A DNA stretch of 26,319 nucleotides from Candidatus Jordarchaeales archaeon (GTDB lineage: Archaea > Asgardarchaeota > Jordiarchaeia > Jordiarchaeales > Freyrarchaeaceae), in assembly GCA_038889235.1 (NCBI GenBank), contig JAWAHN010000002.1, positions 475,386 to 501,704 on the forward strand, written 5' to 3'. The notes beneath the pieces are model-generated. The model did no database searches and was not told where the DNA came from. It worked only from the letters and a program-made list of their open reading frames with translations. The position numbers and the translations under genes are program-made. The first letter of the stretch is position 1, and the number at the start of each line of letters is the position of its first letter. Shown piece after piece: positions 8,863 through 17,594 of this stretch.

Positions 8863-10683
8863 TTACGCGAATCTTTCCAGCTCCCCTTTTTGGTGCAAGT
8901 AAATAATATAAAATTCGACGTCTATTCCCCTTTCTTTGAAATATTTTTTAACCCATCTTATGTCGTCTCGAAAGAGGTATGCGTAAATGGCAGGAAACAC
9001 TACGCGGATCTTGCTTGGACTACCCTTATACTTTGATAATTTCCACGTAAGCCTCACTCGCGGGTTCCAAGGCTCCATGATTAACGCCCTTTCTTCCTCT
9101 GATGGATATCCAGTCTCTACCTCCCAATATTCACCATCTGCCACCATGTCAGGAATAACGTGTCCGATGAATTGGTTTGCTTCATTAATCAAGGGTTCTA
9201 GTGGCTCTGTCTTTACGCTTGCGTAACCACTCCTCTTAAGGTACCAATAAACAATCCTCTTCATCAAATAGTGAAAGGGAGACTCTCTTTCAGGGAAGAA
9301 ATCTACCTCTCTAGTTGGTAATTCATTGTCAAGCCTTTTCATTTCCTCCTCATAAAGCCGGACGGCAAACCCCCATAGATCGTCTATGCTTTCTTCGTAG
9401 ACTGCGGGTGGCAAATCGATACCCAAGAGTTTTTCGATCAGCCTTAGGAGCCTCTCATTATATTCAGGCAACGCGACAACGGTCACATCTATATCAAGTA
9501 CTTTTTTATCCAAATCCTCTAGTGGCCTCACATCGGACGTGTACAGTATAACGCATTTAGGTCCCTTTTTTGAGATCTCCTTAAGCCCCCTTATAATCTC
9601 CATGATATTCCCTTCGTTAACGGAAGGGATGCGCACTATCAAGCGCTCAGAGGTTATTAACGAATACGGTTTCTCTTCCTTGACCTCCTCGATCCCTGAT
9701 GGTGGTATGTGCTTAACACCTGTTTCCTTCACTCTCCCTTCAGCTATTTTGGACAATATGGGCTCTTTCTGCCAAGGTAGACCCATGAAAAATCCGTGCT
9801 CACCATGGTAGGTGTACTTCGTGGCCATTAAATGCTCAATCATTCTTAACCCATCCTCAGTTTTACCTACAGCTATCAAACACAGGGGGCGTTGCAAACT
9901 AAACTCTCCACCTTTACCCTTGAGGGTTGGTAGAAGTTCATCTAGCACATCTTCAGCCTCCAATTCTGGTTTAGCTTCTCTTGTCTCTATTTCTGCGCCT
10001 ATTTTACTCACCTCAACCTCAGGCTTTGCTACCGGCGGTTGCGGAACTTGAATTGTCATTTGGCGCCTTTCTATCTTCTCCTCGACGAGAGGAATAACGC
10101 GCATCTTTGGCACGTGTACGATGGAGCTCCGCTCTAGGAAGGCAGGAACAGTGCTGGGCGGTCGAAATACAGCTCGAGTAGGCCTGATGATAGGTGTTAA
10201 GGTTCCTAAATTCCTAATCGGCTCAGGGTGAATGATGGGCCTAACGGAGATATCTGAGGGGCGCTTCAGCCTCAGCCTTAAAGGGGATGTAGTAAGCCCC
10301 CGCATTGTTACGGGCATAAGGGTTGGGACCCTGATATCCATCAGGGTCGTAGCCCTGGGCGCCATGGATATGATCGGTGTAATAATGGCTGTGGGCTGAA
10401 CCTCGACAGAAAGGAGTATGGGCTTAATGAAGCTACGGGGACTAGCCCTAAGGTGTGGTGGCCGAGGTTGCGAAACCCCAAGTTGCTTGACGCTTTTGAT
10501 GGGGATGTTGAAGGTGATGCGCAGCTCGGTTGGTGGGACTTGCGGTTTAGGTAGCTGCTCTTTGACTTGTGGCGGCTCACGCTTGCCGACAGAAAGTGCT
10601 CTTCGAGTTTCAACTAAACGTCCAGAAGTTTCCTCTTTAACCTCTTCGCTCTTGGCTTGCTCCTCTGTTACTTGCTCTCCCAC
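8863..10683 (-). CDS. 606-aa protein: Ile/Pro-rich N-terminus, alpha/beta middle domain, CoiA-like PD-(D/E)XK nuclease (module 1)
   Basis: ERESPFHYLMK (ES-x2-H-x3-K, as in CoiA-type nucleases) followed by IPDMVADGEYWEVETG. GGAGGAG RBS; overlaps the upstream gene. Confidence 0.75.
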   Translation of the reverse strand: MGEQVTEEQAKSEEVKEETSGRLVETRRALSVGKREPPQVKEQLPKPQVPPTELRITFNIPIKSVKQLGVSQPRPPHLRASPRSFIKPILLSVEVQPTAIITPIISMAPRATTLMDIRVPTLMPVTMRGLTTSPLRLRLKRPSDISVRPIIHPEPIRNLGTLTPIIRPTRAVFRPPSTVPAFLERSSIVHVPKMRVIPLVEEKIERRQMTIQVPQPPVAKPEVEVSKIGAEIETREAKPELEAEDVLDELLPTLKGKGGEFSLQRPLCLIAVGKTEDGLRMIEHLMATKYTYHGEHGFFMGLPWQKEPILSKIAEGRVKETGVKHIPPSGIEEVKEEKPYSLITSERLIVRIPSVNEGNIMEIIRGLKEISKKGPKCVILYTSDVRPLEDLDKKVLDIDVTVVALPEYNERLLRLIEKLLGIDLPPAVYEESIDDLWGFAVRLYEEEMKRLDNELPTREVDFFPERESPFHYLMKRIVYWYLKRSGYASVKTEPLEPLINEANQFIGHVIPDMVADGEYWEVETGYPSEEERALIMEPWNPRVRLTWKLSKYKGSPSKIRVVFPAIYAYLFRDDIRWVKKYFKERGIDVEFYIIYLHQKGELERFA

Positions 10684-11510
10684 GCAAACGTCTCCTCCAA
10701 TGCTTTTATCAGGGCCTCTTTATGCCTAACCACGTACTCATACCGCTCGCCGCTTTTATAACCTCTCACGTAACGGTACGTTTCACAAAGTATTGGATCG
10801 AGGTGATACTTGCTATGTTCAAGATATATATCGCCTTCTGGATGCCTTCTTGACCCCTTACTGTATAAAAGCTCTTCCTCACGCATAACGGTAAACCTCA
10901 AAATTTCTTCGAATTCAGCTGGATTAGCTCCTATTTCCGTTCTAACCTCATCTAGAAAGCGTTGCCAATTCTCACGCCTGTAATCTTCATCCCTAAATGA
11001 GTCATGAGCAAGTAACGCCTTTAAAAAACCAATTATTTTGCTTTGACCATACGTTTGAGAGAGCTTCTTCAGAACAAGCTTAGCCCACTCAAGATAAGGA
11101 TTGGGTATTAAGTCGATATGAACACCCGTAAGCTTAGCAAGGCTCGACCTTACCTCACTCATTTTATCTCTTACCTCGCGATATAAGACTCCTCCGTAAT
11201 CGATACACCTCATGTAGAGGTGCTCATTATCCAGCCAATCGAAAATCCTATGTATGTGCTTATAAAGTTCCGTCGCAAAACTGTTCTCAGTTCTCTCGAC
11301 TTTATCACCGAACTTCACCCCTAAACTCCTTAGGATGGCTTTGGCCTCATTAGAGACAGCTTCCTGGTAAGAGCGTTCAACCGTTGCCAGATCCTCAGGC
11401 AACAGCAAGATAAGCTGGGATAGGATGTTCCTTGATGGTGAGAGGTTTGCTAAGGCATTTATAAGGTTGAGCATGTGCTCCTTTACGTTTACACTTTCGC
11501 TCAAGCTCAC
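10668..11510 (-). CDS. ~280-aa hypothetical protein, paralog of 11507-12148
   Basis: GTG 11510 overlaps the upstream TGA (GTGA). NLINALANLSPSRN, LGVKFGDKV and IPNPYLEW match NLVNALVAIAPSRN, FGVSFTDKI and IPNLAEEW in the neighbour. Confidence 0.75.
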   Translation of the reverse strand: MSLSESVNVKEHMLNLINALANLSPSRNILSQLILLLPEDLATVERSYQEAVSNEAKAILRSLGVKFGDKVERTENSFATELYKHIHRIFDWLDNEHLYMRCIDYGGVLYREVRDKMSEVRSSLAKLTGVHIDLIPNPYLEWAKLVLKKLSQTYGQSKIIGFLKALLAHDSFRDEDYRRENWQRFLDEVRTEIGANPAEFEEILRFTVMREEELLYSKGSRRHPEGDIYLEHSKYHLDPILCETYRYVRGYKSGERYEYVVRHKEALIKALEETFAWESK

Positions 11511-12148
11511 ATCCCTTCCAAAACAGCTGGATATTTTCTCAAGGCTTCTACAGGCCTGTAGCTTCCATCGTAGTCCTTGGTCGCAAGCTTGTAGAGGTCG
11601 AGAAGGTTTAGGCATTCGATTAAGGTTCCTCTACTAACGCCTAGGGCTCTCTCTAATTCATCGGTCTTTGCCCGCCCCACCCTCACAATTTCCTTTAGCA
11701 CCTTAACCGCCGTCCCGCCATATGTCGGCTCCGAGGACAATCCCTTCAGCCTAACGTCCAGCCACTCCTCTGCGAGATTTGGTATCCCTTGCGGGTATTC
11801 ATCTTTAAGTAAGGCTCCGACCTTGGATCGGAACTCTGGGTCCTCGAAGAGCTGAAAGACTTTGTCTATGAAGTCTGTTAAGAACCATCCGTATTGCTTT
11901 GGATCCAGTGATATCTTGTCGGTGAAGGATACGCCGAAAGCCTTAGCGAAGGCCTCACGTGTGTACTCGTCTTTTACTACATCCGGATAGGCCTCCTCAA
12001 GTATCCTGTAGTCGACGCTCCCATTCATCTTGACGATGTAAAGGAACTGGGTTATGTAGTTCCTCGACGGCGCTATAGCTACGAGGGCATTAACAAGGTT
12101 AGATAGTTGTTTTGAGAAGTCTTCACTTACATCTCCTTCTCTGGCCAT
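11507..12148 (-). CDS. 213-aa protein with a C-terminal wHTH
   Basis: AVKVLKEIVRVGRAKTDELERALGVSRGTLIECLNLLDLYKLATK wHTH; GAGGTG RBS; translationally coupled. Confidence 0.75.
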   Translation of the reverse strand: MAREGDVSEDFSKQLSNLVNALVAIAPSRNYITQFLYIVKMNGSVDYRILEEAYPDVVKDEYTREAFAKAFGVSFTDKISLDPKQYGWFLTDFIDKVFQLFEDPEFRSKVGALLKDEYPQGIPNLAEEWLDVRLKGLSSEPTYGGTAVKVLKEIVRVGRAKTDELERALGVSRGTLIECLNLLDLYKLATKDYDGSYRPVEALRKYPAVLEGM

Positions 12149-12726
12149 AACACTTTCACCTCAACTCTTGGAATAACGTCCCTTAATTCGAGGAGCAGAT
12201 CATCGAAATAAGGTGGAAAGTTAAGATATCCATAACTTACGTACTGTATGAGATAGCAACCTTTTAGTTCATCTAGGGCCCTCTCAAACTCATAATCAGT
12301 AAGGGTTTTCTGAAACAATAGTTTGTAAAATTTCCGTAAGCTACTGGTATCAACGGTCTCCGGGCGCATAATAGATATGAGGTAGAGGATTTCTCTCGCG
12401 TTTAGGCTAAGGGCGGTTGCCCTTGCTTTTGCGGACTCCACCACTGAATCCAGGCATATTTGCTTGAAGGAGTCTTGGATGATGTCTCTTAGACACTCGC
12501 CGGTATCCTCAGATCTTCCATAGGGATCCACCTTATCAACACCAAGCGCCTTCAGGTCATCCAGAACCGAGCTCAAGGCCCCAGACCTCCCGTATCTCGC
12601 CCTCAATATCTTCGCAGCCGCATCTGAACCAACAGTGTATAGTAGGTACAGCGCATCGGCCCTTTCCAGGCTGTTCTCCTCCACATACTTTTTCATAAGA
12701 CCCTCAATATCGACAGCTTTAACCAT
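12127..12726 (-). CDS. 199-aa protein with a C-terminal wHTH-like domain (first gene of module 1)
   Basis: LSLNAREILYLI...SSLRKFYKLLF...FERALDELKGCYLIQY; AGGTG RBS and a TTTAAA box upstream. Confidence 0.72.
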   Translation of the reverse strand: MVKAVDIEGLMKKYVEENSLERADALYLLYTVGSDAAAKILRARYGRSGALSSVLDDLKALGVDKVDPYGRSEDTGECLRDIIQDSFKQICLDSVVESAKARATALSLNAREILYLISIMRPETVDTSSLRKFYKLLFQKTLTDYEFERALDELKGCYLIQYVSYGYLNFPPYFDDLLLELRDVIPRVEVKVLWPEKEM

Positions 12727-12795
12727 ACATAGGACACCTGCAACAAATTATAGATGAGAAAGTTTAAATTAATTACGCTGCTGATTTAAGGGCAC

Positions 12796-12982
12796 CCGCC
12801 GAGCCATATACGAGGAAACCATTAAACAACACGCTTTCAGACGAGCCCGTCACACCAAATTAGATTGCAAAAAGCTAGAAATAAACTACAAACCGCTAAG
12901 AACGCGCTGATGCGCTTAACAATCACGATGAAGGACATACGCTGCAAGAACTCTGGGAGGATTCTGGAAGGAAAGGCCATGA
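12796..12982 (+). pseudogene. Degenerate small wHTH regulator, paralog of 14133-14343
   Basis: Reads with indels as PSxYEETIxNTLSDEPVTPN*IAKxLEINYxTAKNALMRL...KNSGR...FWKER versus PSRYEETIYNMLSDEPVTPNEIAKRLGISFKTVKDVLMHL...KNSGRIHIFWREK. Start codon lost (CCG); TAG at 12861-12863. Confidence 0.8.
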
Positions 12983-13014
12983 CCATAGGAACGCGCGCAC
13001 TCCCATAGAGAAGG

Positions 13015-13191
13015 TTAGCGAACTAATAGGGCTATTCCGATGATTGTGGCGATGACGCCTAAGACTATGAGGGCTACTGGAATAGCTATAGGCGCCAGCG
13101 CACAGGCTGGCTTTTTACATGAGGGGCATATTCCGCCTTCTATATCTGCCTCGGTGAGCCCATGCCCACAATACGGGCACTCAGCAACAGT
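13015..13191 (-). pseudogene. Double zinc-ribbon + C-terminal TM helix fragment
   Basis: TVAECPYCGHGLTEADIEGGICPSCKKP...IAIPVALIVLGVIATIIGIALLVR to TAA 13017-13015; no clean start codon. Confidence 0.55.
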
Positions 13192-13367
13192 CTAATATGC
13201 CTGCGGTAGAATCTATAATGCCATGGATCTAAGGGGTCTATTCGCATCATATGTAAAATGCCACTTACAGAGAGATAAAATTGTCTGTAGCGTTCAAGCC
13301 TAATAATTATTAGAGGAACCATAATAAGCGAACTACTAACATTAAGAAGGATTTAGGTCTAGGCTCA

Positions 13368-13456
13368 ATTATCATAAAAGCCAGACCCTCGATGAAGTTC
13401 TTACCAAGCTCGGCGTTAATAGGGTTGATCTCATTAAGATAAATGTTGAAGGATCC
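13368..13456 (+). pseudogene. FkbM-family methyltransferase fragment
   Basis: TLDEVLTKLGVNRVDLIKINVEG matches the FkbM TLD...IDLIKIDVEG motif; no flanking coding context. Confidence 0.6.
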
Positions 13457-13473
13457 GCTTTAAGATCCTCAAC

Positions 13474-14149
13474 TTACTGTGGACTTAACCTCCTGATAAC
13501 CTCCTTCAGCTCGATCACTTCTATTGGACAATCCTTCCAGTCATGTTCCCAGCAGACTATGATATCGCATTTATTGGGATCATGGCCATGCAATTGAAAA
13601 TTGCTACTTTTATACTCAAATTCTATATAGACTCTTTCATATCCTTTGTCAATACGTCTTCTCGCTACCATATCTGGAAAGGTTGGAGGGCTGGATTCAT
13701 AAATGATGCCTAAATCATCCATAACTTTGGAGAAAAGGAGGATAGTTCCGGCCTCGTTTAGTGGGGGATAAACAAAACCTCGAAAGTTTATTGGTTCCCC
13801 CACTATATCCTTAGGAGTTTTCTCTGGAACACTCGGCTTTATCGCCTCAGGAGATTTCAAGACCTCTAGAAGTTTGCTGATCTTTTGAATCCCTTCCTTC
13901 CATCCTATTTCCTCAAATTTCTTAAGCCATTCACTTGCCTTATCATGAATAAGCTTCATTAATTTATCTAAAGAATTGCGACGTTCAGACTCCTCATATA
14001 TATGCGATCATTTCATCCTTACTATAATACCTTGGTATAGAAATGCCAATGGAGTTACCTAATTGAGTCAGTTCTTCCCTTGTCATAGAAAAGGCATATT
14101 TTTCGTAGTTAAACAAAGATAGGAAACTTTCCTTACTTATTTTGGGCAT
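13474..14149 (-). CDS. HeH/SAP-like N-terminus + PD-(D/E)XK nuclease (restriction-like), apparent 2-nt deletion in an AT repeat
   Basis: ATG 14149 gives MPKISK...MTREELTQLGNSIGISIPRYYSKDEMIAYI. Adding AT to the (AT)n run near 13997-14002 joins it to ORF 13474-13959 with FPDMVARR...VYIEFEYKSSNFQLHGHDPNKCDIIVCWEHDW. Confidence 0.7.
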
Positions 14150-14343
14150 CTAACTTTTCCCTCCAGAATATATGTATCCTTCCCGAGTTCTTGTAGCGAA
14201 CGCCCCTCTTAATAACGGCTAGATGCATCAACACATCCTTCACGGTCTTAAAGGATATTCCAAGCCTTTTGGCTATTTCATTTGGCGTGACGGGTTCAAT
14301 CTGAAAGCATGTTGTAGATGGTTTCCTCGTATCTGCTTGGCAA
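14133..14343 (-). CDS. Small wHTH regulator divergent from module 2 (one apparent +1 indel)
   Basis: TTG 14343 gives MPSRYEETIYNMLSD. Removing one T near 14299 gives EPVTPNEIAKRLGISFKTVKDVLMHL...; the paralog at 12796 reads GAC GAG CCC here, supporting the repair. Confidence 0.75.
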
Positions 14344-14416
14344 GCGCCCTTATCTCTCTTCAAGTTAAAGGTATAGTTAATTTTTATATTATACATTACT
14401 CGAACATAAAATTAAC

Positions 14417-14428
14417 TGTTTATAAACA
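14417..14428 (+). promoter_or_regulatory. TATA box within the 12-bp palindrome TGTTTATAAACA upstream of module 2
   Basis: About 17 nt before the ATG at 14445, with a GAGGTG RBS in between, in an AT-rich divergent spacer. Confidence 0.5.
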
Positions 14429-14444
14429 CATAAGGAGAGGTGTA

Positions 14445-15449
14445 ATGTCTGCCATATCACCTGAGGAGCTTATTAGTGATGTTAAGCCTTGGGATAGAGA
14501 TTCTTGGAGAAGGTTTATAGAGACACATGTTGTGCCTATTAGAATTCTAGCTGATAACGTTGCAAAACAGTTTGTTGGCGATGCTTCAGCGGGAGTTGCA
14601 AAGGCTCTGGCTGATAGTGCCTCACGTGTTGTAGAAGTGGCTAAGAGAGTTATTGGGGAGGTTAAAGTGGAGTTTGAGGCCCCAACAGACCCCATTGAGG
14701 GTTTAAGGCTTCTCGTTGAAAAATGTGGAAACACGTTCCTCGGCGTAGGCGATGCTGGTAAATACACCTTGTTTGCATGGACTCTTAGGAAGGTCACAAG
14801 GGAGTATTTGTTTGAAGCACTATACCCTTCATTGAAAGATAAAGAGAAACGGGATAAGAAATTTGAAATTCTAGGTATAAGAGAAGATCTACCATTGTTT
14901 GTACCTGCAGTTAAGTCTATATTAACTGAGAACCTAACAGTCCTAGGATACCCTGATTATCCATCAATTTGCCGCGTCGAAGAATGGGAGATATATGTGA
15001 CTTTAAGTATATTGCCCGCAAGGGAAGCAATCCTTGGAGGCTCTATCTGTAGGTTTGTTGATAGGATCGTAGCGGTGCTTGGTAGACCCGGCATACTTTC
15101 AGGCGTGGAGCTATCAGCAGACGTCGTTAAACTATACCTAGATAAGTGCCCTGCGAGGCCCACGGAGCTGTACGAATACTCTTGGATTAGGCATAACTGG
15201 AGAAGAAGCTATGCTGAATTAGATAAACTTTGTAGAGTTAGATGCGATCGTCCATGGAATATTCAGGGCTTCGCTATAAGGTGCGTTAATAATTTAAGAT
15301 CGCCAGATGAATGGAGTGGATTAAATCAAGAGACAAACCTGCTAAGCTTCTTTAGGTTAGTGATGCCAAGCCTAGTAACTGGTCGCACGGAGTTATTGTT
15401 TAGCAGCGACTGGAGGGTTGCCTTAACATTGGAAAGGGTGCTCTCTTAA
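14445..15449 (+). CDS. 334-aa hypothetical protein (first gene of module 2)
   Basis: GAGGTG RBS and ATG 14445; its TAA overlaps the next ATG (TAATG); no family recognised. Confidence 0.75.
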   Translation: MSAISPEELISDVKPWDRDSWRRFIETHVVPIRILADNVAKQFVGDASAGVAKALADSASRVVEVAKRVIGEVKVEFEAPTDPIEGLRLLVEKCGNTFLGVGDAGKYTLFAWTLRKVTREYLFEALYPSLKDKEKRDKKFEILGIREDLPLFVPAVKSILTENLTVLGYPDYPSICRVEEWEIYVTLSILPAREAILGGSICRFVDRIVAVLGRPGILSGVELSADVVKLYLDKCPARPTELYEYSWIRHNWRRSYAELDKLCRVRCDRPWNIQGFAIRCVNNLRSPDEWSGLNQETNLLSFFRLVMPSLVTGRTELLFSSDWRVALTLERVLS

Positions 15450-17245
15450 TGTTAGAGGGAGAGAGGCCTCTTAAAACCATGCCACGATACGTTGAGGATT
15501 ATATAGAGGAATTATTATATTTCCTCGCCATTGAGAAGAAGGCTGAAGTTGAAGTCATAGTAGAGGAGGAAAAAGAGGAGAGTCTCAAACTGAGAATTAT
15601 AACGATGACGCCATATGGAGGGAAGGTTGAAAGTGCCGACATGGCGCCTAGGATATCTCTTAGGAGCTTTCCTTTTATAGAACCAATAAAAGTGGAACAC
15701 CCGCTAAAACTAATCCAACCGATAATAATGTTTGAAAATGAGATTTTTACGGAAGTACGCTTTCCACCTCTTACCAGAATATCGTGTTTTTCTCAACAAC
15801 CTATCCAAGCTTTTCATCATAGAATTGGGAGAATACAGCCTGCATTATTACCCTACGTTTCACCTAATTTTTACTCCTGGCTTAAATATTCAATTAAACC
15901 TATGAGTCTCATTGAGCAGCCTTGCATAACAGCATTTACATTAAAGCATCTGCTAAGACTTATTGAGGTCCCGCTGAAATTACCAATTACATCTGAAGTT
16001 AAGGCATCAGACAAGCTTCCAGCATTGACAACCGAAAGGTTCTTGGTGCAGAGATCAATCAAAGCAACGCTTACAGAGGTCATTGAGGCATTACAAAGCA
16101 CAGCTCAGGCACAACAGCTTAAAGGCTTAGGTTTGCTTGCGCTATTATTGCCAGAAGAAAAAGAAAAAGCTTAGACGTTTCATAGGGGCCTCAGAGGAAT
16201 ATATAGGAGAACCTAAAAGTAAAATATCATTTATGGTATCCCATCTGGACTGCATGTAGGGAAGTTTATAGAGAAGCTAAAGGATCTTATCCTGAACCCA
16301 TTGTTTTGCTTGAGAAGGGAACTGAGGATTGGTTAAGGATTCATGGGGGCATCTCAGGCAAGGTTGTAGTTTTAGATGAGGAGAAAGTAGGAGAGGAAGA
16401 AATAAAGAAATGGTTTAGGAGGAGGTTGCAAGAGGCATTCTCGCAAGGGCTTGGGCTCCTCATACTCATTGCAAATGATGTTAATAAGGCTAAGGAATCC
16501 GTTGGAAACCTTTGTAAGCCTTATGCAGCAAAAATTATCGATTTACATGTCACTTCTGAACTCGGACACGTCCTAAACCGCTTAGCGAGGATGTTAAGCA
16601 TAGGCTTTGGTATTCCCCGCGAGGAAATATGTAAAACTGAGGAGCTGAAGGTTGAAGATAAGGTAATGACGATCATAGAAGGGCAACCATGTGAGCTCCC
16701 CCATATGGACATCATGGTTGCGAGAACCGACCGCGCATATCAAAGCTTTTTGGATGAACTTTTATCAAGCGATTATCTAGCACATGCCAGAAGAGATGTA
16801 GGTGAGCGTGAAAGCGAAGATCATGTGGCAATGAAGATCTTGGCAATTAAGGATTTACATGAGAGGTTCAACGTTAAGCTTGAGGACATAATTTGCACTT
16901 GTGAAGTTGGAGATAAGATAGTAGCGGACGTTTATGTGCGTGGTAAGGCATTGGCGATCGAATGTGAAATGATGCTCGGTATTGCGCCATCACCCCTTCT
17001 CAAAATATTTGAGTCTGTCAGAAAGTATATTGAACGACCTTTAAAGCCGGATATGCCTGTAAATGAAATTTGGATCATAGTCCGTAACTGGCCAGCTATA
17101 TTACAATTTGGATGATTTATTCTGGGCCGAAAACATTCTGAGAAAGGAACTAAAAGAACGTAATAGAAAAGTGAAATTTTTCATTCCAGATATTTGCAGA
17201 AAATCGCTTATGGCGATCGATGATATTGTCAGAGCATTTTATTGA
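15449..17245 (+). pseudogene. Paralog of the 606-aa CoiA-like nuclease protein, three apparent frameshifts (module 2)
   Basis: Ile/Pro-rich N-terminus (15449-16174); shifts near 16170, 16222 and 17110; ERESEDHVAMK and VADVYVRGKALAIECE. The tail DDLFWAENILRKELKE..VKFFI aligns with DDIRWVKKYFKE..VEFYI; TGA at 17243-17245. Confidence 0.75.
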
Positions 17246-17256
17246 AGTAACAATTT

Positions 17257-17388
17257 ATGACTTTATTCTTGCTCTAAAGGGGTTCTCGAAGGTAAAGAGG
17301 GCGTCATCATCTCTCCGATTCTAAGGCCACCGTATGTCCAGTGAGCTATGAGATTAGGAAGGCATATCCAATACTTTTGAAGGGTTAA
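17257..17388 (+). pseudogene. Truncated proteasome-beta-like gene (remnant, paralog of copy B)
   Basis: ATG 11 nt after the nuclease stop. With indels it reads MTLxLALKxVLEGKEGVIIxSDSKATVCPVSYEIRKAYPILL versus MTLLIALKWVIEGKEGVVISSDSKVTVGPVSYETRKVYPILL. Confidence 0.82.
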
Positions 17389-17594
17389 TGAGAAGTTAGG
17401 GCAACAATTTTAGGTTCCCTTCACTGATTCGTTCAGCGCCATAGGTACGTTGAGATGTGCACGCAGCAGAGTTAAAGCAGTCCATCGGCTGAGCACGCGC
17501 AACAACCAAGGATAGGTATGAAAAGGCGAAAAGGTTACTTAACTAAACCTGAATGTGGAATCTGAGAGGAGGTCTATGCTTTGTCTCGTTCTGC

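Noticed and set aside
11511-11615. N-terminal 35 aa of the 315-aa ORF in the track
   Set aside because: It overlaps the upstream gene's coding end; GTG 11510 in a GTGA overlap aligns with the paralog's start.
13192-13224. Two TAGs upstream of the zinc-ribbon fragment as evidence of recoding (MAL*ILPQAY*TVAEC)
   Set aside because: A frameshift from the overlapping frame (HIRLL...) explains the region equally well, and the start is not established.
14223-14444. N-terminal extension of the 408-aa ORF in the track
   Set aside because: It overlaps the opposite-strand wHTH gene and the promoter; the TATA box and RBS point to ATG 14445.
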